This document shows, piece by piece, positions 36,580 to 45,764 of a stretch of 59,423 nt of DNA (positions are counted from its first letter, which is position 1; each line of letters opens with the position of its first letter). A program made the position numbers and the translations under genes. Location of the stretch: the IMG/VR virus record IMGVR_UViG_3300037313_000688, positions 1-59,423 of that record; one strand, 5' to 3'. Below the pieces are notes generated by a model. It was not told where the DNA came from. It made no database searches and was given only the letters and a program-made list of their open reading frames with translations. Source of the DNA: a virus (taxonomy: Duplodnaviria; Caudoviricetes).

Positions 36580-37522
36580 CGCCCCCCTCCCCCAGCGCGT
36601 CCAGTACCTCCCTCCGCACCGGCTCGGGCACCCCGTCCAGCCGCCGAACCAGATGCTGGCGGAAGTCCCGCAAGTCGTCGGCCTTGTCGGACAGGGTGTC
36701 CGGCAGGTCTTCCAGGAGTTCCAGGAACTCGTCGCTGAGGCCCAGCTTTTCCAGGGGGGACACGGGGGTGAACTCGTCCGGCACGGTGCGGGGGAGTTCC
36801 CGGGTGCGGACCGTCCCGTCCGAGTACAGCACCCCGACCTTGGGAGTGTAGTTGATTTCGTCCCGCTTCCGCCGGAAGAACGTACCGCAGTTCAGGATCG
36901 TCGGGAAGTCTCCGGTTGCCCCATAGGACAGGAAATGCTGGTGGTTGTCGCCCACAACAGCAGCGTCGAACCCGTTCAGCCGCTTCCTGTGTTCGTTGGC
37001 GTGATTGGACTCGTCCGCCCCGGGGAACTTGTGACCACTTACCCAGCAGTACCGGTGGACGACGGCCAACCTGACCCAGTCTTTGTACGCTTCCGGGACC
37101 GGCGGCGGGTTAGTAAGCTGGACCCCCCACGGGAACCCGACCAGGCACAGGTTGCGGTCCCGGGTCACTTCTCCCGGGCGCAAGTCGAACACCTTTTGGG
37201 CTTTCACCAGGGTCCAGTACGCCGACTTCTTCTTGTTGCTGTAGTTGTGGTACGGGAGGTCGTGCTGGCCCGGGACGGCGTACATCTGGGGCAGGTGCTC
37301 CAGGGCGAAGTTGATCAGCTCCGGCCCGGGGTTCCACCGGTCGAAGACGTCCCCGGCACACACCACCACGGCGTCCAGCTCTTTCGCCAGCTTGTCTAGT
37401 TCGGAAAGACCCCGGGCTTGGACGTCGAGCCAGGCCTGTCCCTTCTCCGCCCGGCAAGCCGGCGCTCTTTCGGAGAGATGGAGGTCTGAACAAAGAACGG
37501 CGAGCGGCCGCACGTCGGGCAC
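36563..37522 (-). CDS. SbcD/Mre11-like metallophosphoesterase nuclease
   Basis: SDLH, AGDVFD, PGQHD, GDNH, NCG motifs; start uncertain (37522 or 37585). Confidence 0.88.
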   Translation of the reverse strand: MPDVRPLAVLCSDLHLSERAPACRAEKGQAWLDVQARGLSELDKLAKELDAVVVCAGDVFDRWNPGPELINFALEHLPQMYAVPGQHDLPYHNYSNKKKSAYWTLVKAQKVFDLRPGEVTRDRNLCLVGFPWGVQLTNPPPVPEAYKDWVRLAVVHRYCWVSGHKFPGADESNHANEHRKRLNGFDAAVVGDNHQHFLSYGATGDFPTILNCGTFFRRKRDEINYTPKVGVLYSDGTVRTRELPRTVPDEFTPVSPLEKLGLSDEFLELLEDLPDTLSDKADDLRDFRQHLVRRLDGVPEPVRREVLDALGEGGDAHAG

Positions 37523-38505
37523 CGGTTCCCTGCCAGCTTCACAAGCTCCGTCTCCCGGAGTGCGAGGTCGTCGGTCGCTTGGCACAGTTCGTCCCCCTTG
37601 GCCTTGAGTTCCTGTAGCAACATCTCCAGGTTGCGGCGGGTCTCGGCGATCTTGTCCCCTGCTTCCCTCAGTTGCACGACCGGGGTGAAGTCAGGCAGGT
37701 CTATCATCCCGTTTCGGACTAACCTAACCTTCTTCAGTAGGTAAGACAGTTTCCGAACCCGGGCGGACACCACCCCCAACCGGTCCCCGGCCTCGACCAC
37801 GGAGACCCCCCGGGCGCATAGGTTTTCCGCGTCTGCTGAGAGGGATCGGGTATCAGACACCATCCGGACCAGTTGACCGAGGCGCGACGCCCTGGTCTGG
37901 GATTCCCGCCAATCCAAGTCAAGATTGTCGAGTTCCGCCTTGTCCTGTCTGTACTGGACGATCCAAGACAGCTCGTCCCGTCTCGCCTTGGCCTCCTGAT
38001 ACCGCTTCTCGGTCAAAGCCAGTTCAGACTTCTTGGACCGGACCGACCGCCCGACCCGGTCAAGTGCCTGGTCGATCAGCGACAGGTCCACCACCCGGTT
38101 CAGCTCCTTGGCCACCTGGCCGGGGGACAGGGTGAACCAGAACGGGGGGTCGATCTGCCGCTGGAAGTTGACCTCGGCCAGTTTGAGCGCGTCGGACGCC
38201 TCCGGGGGGACGGTCGCGTTCAGGGCGTCGAACCGGGCCTTGCCGACCGTGTAGTAGCTCTCCTTCCCCTTCCGCACCCGGGACACGGTGACGTTGCCGG
38301 CCGTCACAGCGACCCCCACCCCGGACTTGCCCCACCGGACGAACCCGGCCCCCTTCGGCTGGTTCAGTGCCACCCACCTCAGCGCCCGCAGGACGGCCGA
38401 CTTGCCCACGTCCGTCCGGCCGACTAGCACGTTCACCCCGGGGGCTAGCTTGATCACCTTCCTCTTGTGGGCCTGGAAGTTCTGGACGACCAGCGAAGTC
38501 AGGAC
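37396..38505 (-). CDS. SbcC/Rad50-like ATPase, N-terminal half with zinc hook
   Basis: QNFQAH, GVNVLVGRTDVGKSAVLRAL (Walker A), Q-loop NFQRQ, coiled coil, CPTCG; no canonical start codon at the expected N-terminus. Confidence 0.88.
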   Translation of the reverse strand, partial: VLTSLVVQNFQAHKRKVIKLAPGVNVLVGRTDVGKSAVLRALRWVALNQPKGAGFVRWGKSGVGVAVTAGNVTVSRVRKGKESYYTVGKARFDALNATVPPEASDALKLAEVNFQRQIDPPFWFTLSPGQVAKELNRVVDLSLIDQALDRVGRSVRSKKSELALTEKRYQEAKARRDELSWIVQYRQDKAELDNLDLDWRESQTRASRLGQLVRMVSDTRSLSADAENLCARGVSVVEAGDRLGVVSARVRKLSYLLKKVRLVRNGMIDLPDFTPVVQLREAGDKIAETRRNLEMLLQELKAKGDELCQATDDLALRETELVKLAGNRCPTCGRSPFFVQTSISPKERRLAGRRRDRPGSTSKPGVFPN

Positions 38506-39098
38506 GGTCCCGGTCCCAAGTCTTCCAGCAGACTTACCGCCACGTCGCTGTCGATCCGCTTTTTCAACATCCGCGTGTCCACGTTCCACAGACGAGCTAG
38601 GAGAGCTATCTGGAACGTCAGCACCTTCCTCCGCTTGGTCCGGTACGTCACGGACGCGGCCGGGGTGATCCCCAGCCGGTCGAACAGCCCGACCGGGGCG
38701 AACATCAGCGGCTCCCGCCGGTCCCTCCGACTGACTACCAACCAGTACACGCTCTTGGCGTGCCTTCTCGCCCGCCTTGCCTGTGCTAGCCATTTCTCTA
38801 TTTCCTGCTCGGCGGCTTTGTCCGGCTTGTCGATCAGGTCGTGGACTGTGTGTTTGGAGTACCCGCGTTTCAGCTCGAACGTGATGTACTGAAGTAGGAC
38901 AATCCCTTCCTCGTCTGTGGCACAGATGTCCCCGACGTGTCCTCGGGTGGACTTGCCTTTTTTGCGCCTGGTGGTCGCCCTACCCCCGGACTGGCTGGTT
39001 CGCCAAAAACAATCGTCGTAGTGTCCGTCTGTCCACCATAGCGACAGTGCTTTACAAAACTCCCTTTCATAAGCACTACCCTTACCTGACTTTGACAT
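38499..39098 (-). CDS. Holliday junction resolvase (PD-(D/E)xK, Hjc-like)
   Basis: KGSAYERE, SQSGG, GDI, FELKRGY. Confidence 0.85.
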   Translation of the reverse strand: MSKSGKGSAYEREFCKALSLWWTDGHYDDCFWRTSQSGGRATTRRKKGKSTRGHVGDICATDEEGIVLLQYITFELKRGYSKHTVHDLIDKPDKAAEQEIEKWLAQARRARRHAKSVYWLVVSRRDRREPLMFAPVGLFDRLGITPAASVTYRTKRRKVLTFQIALLARLWNVDTRMLKKRIDSDVAVSLLEDLGPGPS

Positions 39099-39435
39099 CG
39101 GTCGTCCTCGTCAGGCACCGCTGGCACGGGGAGGGGAGTACGTGCTGGGTCATCACCGACCAGTTGTCGCCGAACTCGTACATCTCGCCGACGGTCAGGT
39201 TTTGGACGGCGGCGACCCCGGTGACGGCGTCCGCCTCGATGCTCTCCTTCGCCACCTCCAGCGCCTGCTCGGCGGTGAGCGGGTCCAGCCCGGCCCGGGC
39301 GAACTGGTGTAGGACGAACAGCACCTGGTTGCCCGGGCCGGCGGCCTCGGCCCAGTGGTCCTTGACGTTGTACCGGACGTTCACCGCGTACACGGTCAGG
39401 GGCAGGGCCATTTTTATCGGGTCGGTGTCGGTCAT
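39082..39435 (-). CDS. Hypothetical protein
   Basis: ATGA coupling to the exonuclease gene; MTDTDPIK start. Confidence 0.55.
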   Translation of the reverse strand: MTDTDPIKMALPLTVYAVNVRYNVKDHWAEAAGPGNQVLFVLHQFARAGLDPLTAEQALEVAKESIEADAVTGVAAVQNLTVGEMYEFGDNWSVMTQHVLPSPCQRCLTRTTDVKVR

Positions 39436-40280
39436 CCCTTCCTCGCCTTCTCGGGCACCGGGGACTGGTGGAGCAGGGACCGCAGCCCGTACTCCTTGCA
39501 CACCCCGGCCCACTTCTCCCGGGTGAATTCGTGGCTGTGAAACAGTAGGGTTTTCGTGCCCTCGTAGGGCAAAGCGGTCAGCTTGAGGTTGCGCTGGTAC
39601 TCGTCCGACTCGGTGAACGCCCGGGCCGCCCGCTCCCGAGCCGTCGGCTTCAGGTCGCCGTTGAAAAACTTGATGGCCGTTGCCTCCCCCACCCCGTTGC
39701 ACCCGGGGACGGTGTCCGACGTGCAGCCGACCAGGGATTTCACCTTGGGCCAGAATGCCGGGGTGATCCCCTTTGTTTTGCGGAATGAGTCGAACGTGTG
39801 CCGCTTCTTACTCAGGGGGTCGTAGACCGTGACATCCGGGAACCGGAGCAACTGGTACAGGTCTTGGTCGCCGGACACGATCAGGACTTTCCTACCGGCC
39901 CCGGCAAGTTTGGACACCGCCTCGGCGATCAGGTCGTCCGCCTCGTACCCGGACTGACGGTACAGTGCTTTGAATCCCAGCTCGGGCAGGACGAGTTCAC
40001 GCAACAGTTTGATCTGCCGCTTGACCTCGGCCCGCTCCGGGGTGTCCTTCCGCATCTTGTACCCGGGGAACAGGTCACTGCGGAGCAGCCTCCCCCCGTC
40101 GAAGAAGAACCCGTACTGGAAGTTCGGCATCTTCGGGCCGAACGTGTCCGCGAGTTTGCACAGCTCGCGGAGGAACCCGTAAACGACGCCGGTGGACCGT
40201 CCCTCGTGGGTCAGCCCACCGGTGGAGTAGAACGCCCGGTACGCCAGGTTCGGGACGTCAACCAGCACCCACGGTCGCAT
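39432..40280 (-). CDS. 5'-3' exonuclease/flap endonuclease
   Basis: LVDVPNLAYRAF, FFDGG, YEADDLIA, IVSGDQDLYQL, SDTVPGCNGVGEATA. Confidence 0.95.
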   Translation of the reverse strand: MRPWVLVDVPNLAYRAFYSTGGLTHEGRSTGVVYGFLRELCKLADTFGPKMPNFQYGFFFDGGRLLRSDLFPGYKMRKDTPERAEVKRQIKLLRELVLPELGFKALYRQSGYEADDLIAEAVSKLAGAGRKVLIVSGDQDLYQLLRFPDVTVYDPLSKKRHTFDSFRKTKGITPAFWPKVKSLVGCTSDTVPGCNGVGEATAIKFFNGDLKPTARERAARAFTESDEYQRNLKLTALPYEGTKTLLFHSHEFTREKWAGVCKEYGLRSLLHQSPVPEKARKG

Positions 40281-40289
40281 GGCCTCTCC

Positions 40290-40601
40290 TTACGGTACGG
40301 CGAGGAGCACGTCGGACTCGATCTCGGTCCCGGGGACGTGATCGACGTCGGCGTGGTCCTCCGGCGGGGCGGTCGGCAGCGACTGGGCGACCGGCTGCGG
40401 GGGCGGCGGGGCGTCCGTCGGCCGGAACACGATCTGCATGGCCGGCGGGGCGGTCGGTTTGCCGTCCCTGGTCTTGACCGTCTTGACCCGTTTCACCGGC
40501 ACCAGGCGGACGCCCCCCTCCCTCGGGTCGCCCAGCCAGAACTCGATCCGGCAGTTGGCCCACACCTCCGTGGTGAGCGCCCGTAACTCGCCTGCGGTCA
40601 T
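40290..40601 (-). CDS. Hypothetical protein
   Basis: ATG 40601 (MTAGELRAL); fills the operon gap. Confidence 0.55.
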   Translation of the reverse strand: MTAGELRALTTEVWANCRIEFWLGDPREGGVRLVPVKRVKTVKTRDGKPTAPPAMQIVFRPTDAPPPPQPVAQSLPTAPPEDHADVDHVPGTEIESDVLLAVP

Positions 40602-40602
40602 G

Positions 40603-40995
40603 TCACGGCTCCAGCGGCTTCGTCGGGGGCGAGAACTCAGTACCAGTATAGACACCGCCCTCGGCCAGGCGGTTCGTTTCCTCGTCCTCCTGCTCGATGG
40701 CCCGGGTGATGGCGTCCCGGGCCTCGACCAAGTCCTGCCGGTAGCTGCCCTTGCCCCGGTTCCCCGGGCACAGTAGCTTCTTCACCGCGTGCCCGATGGC
40801 CGCGCTGGTCACGTCGAACGCCTTCAGGACGCAGTACACGTCCACGTCGATCCGGCAGCTCGGCTTGGACCGGGAGTAGATGGTCCGGATGTACTTGCTC
40901 CCGGTGTGCTTTGGTTCTTCAGGCACCAGCGCCTCCTTGTTGATCGGGACGACCGCCCACGCCGACGGGACGATCAGGTAGTCTTGCGGGGTCAT
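40603..40995 (-). CDS. DUF3310-like phage protein
   Basis: DVYCVLKAF, HAVKKLLCPGNRGKG...DLVEA. Confidence 0.6.
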   Translation of the reverse strand: MTPQDYLIVPSAWAVVPINKEALVPEEPKHTGSKYIRTIYSRSKPSCRIDVDVYCVLKAFDVTSAAIGHAVKKLLCPGNRGKGSYRQDLVEARDAITRAIEQEDEETNRLAEGGVYTGTEFSPPTKPLEP

Positions 40996-42131
40996 GCGTA
41001 CCTCGGCTTTCTGTCCACGGTACACTCCGCCTCGATCTCGTGCCAACAAAGTCTCGCTATCTTTCTCAACTTCTTCACCCCGCCCGACCGGTCAATGTGC
41101 TTGATCACTTCTTCCTCGTAGTCCTTCACGCCGAAGTCGGTGGCGTCCACCCGCCCGCCGGACTTCTTCCAGTGCCCCTCGCTCACCAGGTAGCGGACCA
41201 GGCAGCCGACGTCGTCCACCCCGACCCCGCGGTAGAACGGGAACTCGACCTGCCCCTCCCACCCGTTTTGGCGGCACTTGACCACCTTGGCGATCAGGTT
41301 CCGCCCGATCACCCGGTCCTTCCCCTTCACCTTCTTCTTGATGGCGTCCTTGACCGACGTCCACACCTCCAGGTGGGCGTAGAACTTCAGCGCCTTCCCG
41401 CCCCCGCGGGTGCGACTGTCCCCCCACCCGACCTGGCCGATCTTCTCCCGGGTCTGGGACAGGATGACCAGGATCGACCCGGTGTCCTTCAGCTTGCTGG
41501 CGACCAGCCGCAGGTTGACGCTGTTCAGCTTGGCCTTGGCCGTCCCGTAGGTCCCCGTCTCGGCCAGTTGCCCGCTCCGGTCGAACTTGGACCGGTCCTC
41601 GTCGAACTTGTCCTGGTCGTCCTTCGGCACGATGGCATCCATGCTGTCCAGCACGTACACGAACGGCTTACCCGCCTCCAGCAGCCGGCCGATGTTGTAG
41701 TAGAACTCCTCGACCGTGGTGCTGGCCCCCCGTGGGGACGGCGCCTCCAGCCGGTCCTCCAGCTTGGCGCCGAAATACTTCCGCACGTCCATCAGTGCCC
41801 CGTGCTCGGCGTTGTCGTGGACGAGCAGGTGCTTGTCGAACCCGGGGTTGTTCGCCGCTTCGGCCAGCATCTGGAACGCCAGCCAGGTCTTCCCGGACGA
41901 GCTGTCCCCGACCAGGAGCAGGTAGCAGCCCTTCTGGACCCCCCCGTTCGCCCGGCCGGCCAGGGCGAGGTTGAGCAGGGTTGACCCGGTGGACAGGTAG
42001 TCCGACGCCGACTCCGACACCGGCATGGGTTTCTGCTTGCGGGTCAGTTTGGACTTGGCGCTGACCCCGATGTCGCCCACGTCCTCCTTGCCCGACAGGA
42101 GTTCGTCCAGCACGTCGCGGTTCATCGACAT
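40992..42131 (-). CDS. recA: RecA/UvsX-like recombinase
   Basis: LSTGS..LNLAL, Walker A GDSSSGKT, VLDSMDA, SQTRE, GGKALKFYA. Confidence 0.93.
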   Translation of the reverse strand: MSMNRDVLDELLSGKEDVGDIGVSAKSKLTRKQKPMPVSESASDYLSTGSTLLNLALAGRANGGVQKGCYLLLVGDSSSGKTWLAFQMLAEAANNPGFDKHLLVHDNAEHGALMDVRKYFGAKLEDRLEAPSPRGASTTVEEFYYNIGRLLEAGKPFVYVLDSMDAIVPKDDQDKFDEDRSKFDRSGQLAETGTYGTAKAKLNSVNLRLVASKLKDTGSILVILSQTREKIGQVGWGDSRTRGGGKALKFYAHLEVWTSVKDAIKKKVKGKDRVIGRNLIAKVVKCRQNGWEGQVEFPFYRGVGVDDVGCLVRYLVSEGHWKKSGGRVDATDFGVKDYEEEVIKHIDRSGGVKKLRKIARLCWHEIEAECTVDRKPRYA

Positions 42132-42143
42132 GAGTCACCCCGG

Positions 42144-42182
42144 AAGAAAAAGCCCCGGGGGCTGCGAGCCACCCCCGGGGCT
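42144..42182 (-). terminator. Intrinsic terminator after ssb
   Basis: AGCCCCGGGGG/CCCCCGGGGCT stem followed by TTTTCTT on the minus strand. Confidence 0.8.
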
Positions 42183-42191
42183 GCCCCCTGC

Positions 42192-43568
42192 CTACTTGCC
42201 CACCTTACGCTTGCCCTTCCCCTTGTCCTTCGGGGCGGGGTCCGGCTCGTCATCGTCGTCGTCCAGGTCGAACGGGAGGTCGTCATCGTCCTCGCCTACC
42301 GGCTTCTTCCCCTTGCCCTTCTTCCCGGGCTTCTTCGCCGGCGGGTCGTCGTCATCGTCCTGGTCGTCATCGTCGCCGAGGTCCAGGTCGTCATCGTCGT
42401 CCGACTCGTCATCGTCCTCGGCGGGCTTGGGCTTCTTCCCTGGCTTCTTCGGCGGGGTATCGTCGTCATCGTCGTCCGACTCGTCCTCCGCTTCCAGCGG
42501 GGACAGTTCGGACAGTTCGGCGACCCAGAGGGCGTCCATGCCGCGGACCTTGACGTGGGCCAGTCGCTGACCCTTGTTGCCCTTGGTGATCTTCTTGATC
42601 TGGCCGGTCCGGGTCTGCTTCCCGTACTTGCCCGTCACCATGCTCCCGACGGCCAGTTCCTCACCGCTCTCGTCGTTGTCCGCGTCGTCATCATCGTCAT
42701 CATCGTCATCATCGTCCTCGTCCGACTCGTCGGCGTCATCGTCCTGGTCGCCGTCGGTATCGTCCTCGTCGTCATCGGTGGCGACCGGTTTCTTCCCCTT
42801 GCCCTTCTTCGGGGCGTCGTCCTCCGCGTCCTCGTCGTCGATCTGGAGCAGGAGCTTACGAAGCTCCTTGTAGTCCAGCGTCTTGATGCAGGCGTCCAGG
42901 TCCACCGCCTGGTCGAACACCTCGGGGTCCAGCTCCTCCTTCCGCTCCTTGAACTCGATGTCGCCGAACTCCAGGAAGGTGTTGCTCCCGGTCGTCTCCT
43001 GGCTGGCGGTGATCCGCAGGGTCAGCCCGTCCTCCTCGTTGGCGAACCCCTCGTACCGCTCGCGGTCCTCCGGGTCGGCGTTCTTGATCTTGTTGTCCAG
43101 GTGCTTGCCGAACAGGAAGTGGGACACCTCCCACACCTGCACCCCCTTGTCCGGATGCTTGTGGTCGAACACGTTGAACAGTTGGCGCTGCTTCGGGGCG
43201 AGCGCCTTGATCATGTCCTCGTCGCCGTTCGGGTCTTGCGCCAGCTTGGCCCGGTACTCGCACACCGGGCACTTCTTCTTCAGCTCTTTGGCGAGGCACA
43301 CGTAGCTGTTGTTCTCCGGCCCGATCCCCCGGTGCATCCAGTACGTCCGCTCGAAGGCGTAGTCCCCCTCCTCGGCGTAGGGGTTGTTGCTCGCCTTGTA
43401 CGGGATGATCTCGATCCGGTACGTGCCGGGGTCCTTCGGGGTCCAGAAGTTGACCCCGTCCGGCAGCTTGAGCGTCGTCCGCTCGAACCCGCTGGTGTGC
43501 TCCTGCATCCGCTTCTTGGCGGACACCACCCGCTTCTCCCGCCGTGCCTTCTGGCCCTTCGTCTTCAC
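42192..43568 (-). CDS. gp32-like single-stranded DNA-binding protein with a very long acidic tail
   Basis: RIEIIPY, YWMH.GIG, C...KKCPVCE, LFNVFD; Asp-rich C-terminal half. Confidence 0.85.
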   Translation of the reverse strand: MKTKGQKARREKRVVSAKKRMQEHTSGFERTTLKLPDGVNFWTPKDPGTYRIEIIPYKASNNPYAEEGDYAFERTYWMHRGIGPENNSYVCLAKELKKKCPVCEYRAKLAQDPNGDEDMIKALAPKQRQLFNVFDHKHPDKGVQVWEVSHFLFGKHLDNKIKNADPEDRERYEGFANEEDGLTLRITASQETTGSNTFLEFGDIEFKERKEELDPEVFDQAVDLDACIKTLDYKELRKLLLQIDDEDAEDDAPKKGKGKKPVATDDDEDDTDGDQDDDADESDEDDDDDDDDDDDADNDESGEELAVGSMVTGKYGKQTRTGQIKKITKGNKGQRLAHVKVRGMDALWVAELSELSPLEAEDESDDDDDDTPPKKPGKKPKPAEDDDESDDDDDLDLGDDDDQDDDDDPPAKKPGKKGKGKKPVGEDDDDLPFDLDDDDDEPDPAPKDKGKGKRKVGK

Positions 43569-43587
43569 GGTTCACCTTCGGTTGTGG

Positions 43588-44076
43588 TTAGGAACCCTTG
43601 CGTTTGGCCGGCTTTCGTGCCTGCCGGCCGGACTCGTCCACCATCTCCCGCCCGGCCCCCCTCAGCTTCGGCTCGCCGAAGTACCCGGCCAAAAACAAAT
43701 CGACCTCCTTCTCGATCATCCGCTTCTTGTGCTCCAGGGCGTTGACCAGCGCCTCCTGGTCGTCCACTTTGTACTTCGCCACGTTGTACTTCTTGAGGGC
43801 GGTTTTGTACTCCGGCTGGACGACGATGGTGGCGGCGATGGTCGCCTCCGTCACCTTGTCCAGCATGTACGCCTCCGGCTTGCCCCGGATGGCCAGTTCC
43901 AGGGTCGCCTTCTGGAGGTCCAGGAACGCCTTCTTCTCCGCCAAGTTGAACCGGAGTTCGGACAGCCGCTCCCCCTCGTTCTTCACCAGCCTGGACTGGC
44001 GCTGAGCCTCCCAGTCCAGGCGGTGGAGGTCGATCTCGACGTAGCTGTCCTTGTCCGGCGGTTCGTCGTCCGACAT
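43588..44076 (-). CDS. UvsY-like recombination mediator
   Basis: IDLHRLDWE, KVTEATI, ALEHKKRMI; helical; adjacent to ssb and recA. Confidence 0.65.
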   Translation of the reverse strand: MSDDEPPDKDSYVEIDLHRLDWEAQRQSRLVKNEGERLSELRFNLAEKKAFLDLQKATLELAIRGKPEAYMLDKVTEATIAATIVVQPEYKTALKKYNVAKYKVDDQEALVNALEHKKRMIEKEVDLFLAGYFGEPKLRGAGREMVDESGRQARKPAKRKGS

Positions 44077-44110
44077 GCGGTCCCCCTGTGGACTGTTTTA
44101 CCCGGGGTCG

Positions 44111-45037
44111 TCACCCGTGCAAGACCTCGTAACACGAAGCGACCAGTCCTGCTTTGCCACAGTCGTACCAGTTGTCCCTCGTGGCCTGGATGATGGCATA
44201 GGCCCGGTCACTCCCCTTGCCCCCTTTGAGCAGGGTGTTGGTGGCGTTGACCAGGACCAGGTGGCGGAACCCCTCCCAGTTCTGCTCGTCCAGGGTGGCG
44301 ATCATCTTCGCCACCTGCGGCCACTTGGTGTTCCCCCAGACCAGCGCCCGGACCAGGTCGAACGCGGCGGTCTTGGTCTCCTCCGCGGTCCGTAGCACGG
44401 TCAGCCGCTCGTCGTCGTCGTCCAGCGCCAGCACCTGCTCCAGCGACACTAGCGCTTTGCGGACACTCCCGTCGGCCTGGTTCACCAACTCGTCCACCAC
44501 CTCGGAACCGAGCTTCTTCCCCTCGGCCTTCAGCACTCGGGAGACCACCTCCCGGACCTGCTTCGGCGGGACCGCCTTGAGGGCGACGTGGGTGCAGCGG
44601 GTCCGGACCGCCTTGATCAGCTTGTCCGGGTCGGTCGTGGCTAGGAAGAAGTAAACGTGCTTGGGGGTGTCCTCCAGCAGTTTGAGCAGCGCCTCCTGGG
44701 CGTCGCGGGTGATCTGGTGGACCTCGTCCATCAGCCAGATCCGGCACTTCCCCTGGACCGGGCGGATCGCCGCCGCCCGGTCGATCTTCCGGACGGTGTC
44801 GATCCCCCGCATCTTGGCCGAGTTCAGCTCCTCGAAGTCCCACTCGCCGCACCCGAGTTCTTCCTTGAGGATGCGGGCGATGGTCGTCTTGCCGGTCCCG
44901 GACGGGCCGGTGAACAGGAGGGCGCGAGGGACCGTGCCCTCCCTCAGCATCTTCGCCAGCCCCTTGACCGCGGCGTCCTGTCCGACCACCTCGGACAGTT
45001 TACCCGGGCGGTGTTTTTTATAAAGCTCGGTTGTCAC
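44111..45037 (-). CDS. dnaX: Clamp loader subunit (DnaX gamma/tau-like AAA+)
   Basis: LYKKHRP, VVGQ, GPSGTGKTT, MDEVH, ALLKLLED, RTRC, GSVRKAL. Confidence 0.93.
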   Translation of the reverse strand: MTTELYKKHRPGKLSEVVGQDAAVKGLAKMLREGTVPRALLFTGPSGTGKTTIARILKEELGCGEWDFEELNSAKMRGIDTVRKIDRAAAIRPVQGKCRIWLMDEVHQITRDAQEALLKLLEDTPKHVYFFLATTDPDKLIKAVRTRCTHVALKAVPPKQVREVVSRVLKAEGKKLGSEVVDELVNQADGSVRKALVSLEQVLALDDDDERLTVLRTAEETKTAAFDLVRALVWGNTKWPQVAKMIATLDEQNWEGFRHLVLVNATNTLLKGGKGSDRAYAIIQATRDNWYDCGKAGLVASCYEVLHG

Positions 45038-45040
45038 CGG

Positions 45041-45367
45041 TTAGAACTCCTTGTCCGGGTATTGCGGGCCGTCCTCCCCGTCGTGCCCGTGCCCCTTTTG
45101 GAGCTTAGTCATCACGATCATCTTGTCGGCCATGTTGGCGTTTGCCGTGGACACCAGGGTGTGGTGGATGTAGCAGTCCATCCACCCCTTTGCGACCTCG
45201 GTGGGCACCTTGTCCTGCCCGGTCAGCTTCTGCCACATCATCAGCCAGTAGTCGGACATCAACGCGGCACTGAACCGCATGGACTCCTCGGCCTTCTTCC
45301 GCTCGGCCTGCTTGGCCTCCTCCTGCTCGGACACCGACTTCCGGGTCAGGTCTTCAGCGCTCATCAT
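45041..45367 (-). CDS. Hypothetical protein
   Basis: GAGG RBS; 108 aa. Confidence 0.6.
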   Translation of the reverse strand: MMSAEDLTRKSVSEQEEAKQAERKKAEESMRFSAALMSDYWLMMWQKLTGQDKVPTEVAKGWMDCYIHHTLVSTANANMADKMIVMTKLQKGHGHDGEDGPQYPDKEF

Positions 45368-45379
45368 CGCCCACCTCGG

Positions 45380-45763
45380 TTAGTACCGGACCACCTTGAT
45401 CCGGCTCGGTTTCAGGGTCGCCCCCAACCGGGACAACAGGTGGCGGGTGGACTGTTCCCGCCCGTCCCAGAAGACAACCAGTCGGCCGCCGGGGTTCTCC
45501 CGGACGGCCTCGAAATCGGACTCGTAAACGGAGTACGGCCACCACCACTTGTGTGCCCACCGCACCCCCAGCCCGGCCGCCCCCGACGTCCCGCCCGCGG
45601 CCACCCGGACCAGGTCGATGAAGAACGTCACCCGGTCCAGCACCCTTTCCGCCCGGTCCCAGTCGAAAAACGTCGGGTCTCCGGCGACTATGACAGTTCG
45701 GTAGTTACCGACCGGCATCCTCTTGTCCCGGAACGGGTGCCGGGACGGGTGGGTTAGTGTCAT
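45380..45763 (-). CDS. YspA/SLOG-like (DUF2493-like) protein, divergent
   Basis: VIVAG, GGTSGA, LVVFWDG...STRH. Confidence 0.55.
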   Translation of the reverse strand: MTLTHPSRHPFRDKRMPVGNYRTVIVAGDPTFFDWDRAERVLDRVTFFIDLVRVAAGGTSGAAGLGVRWAHKWWWPYSVYESDFEAVRENPGGRLVVFWDGREQSTRHLLSRLGATLKPSRIKVVRY

Positions 45764-45764
45764 G

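Noticed and set aside
42250-42790. GACGATGAC-type microsatellite
   Set aside because: Simply encodes the poly-Asp tracts of the SSB tail
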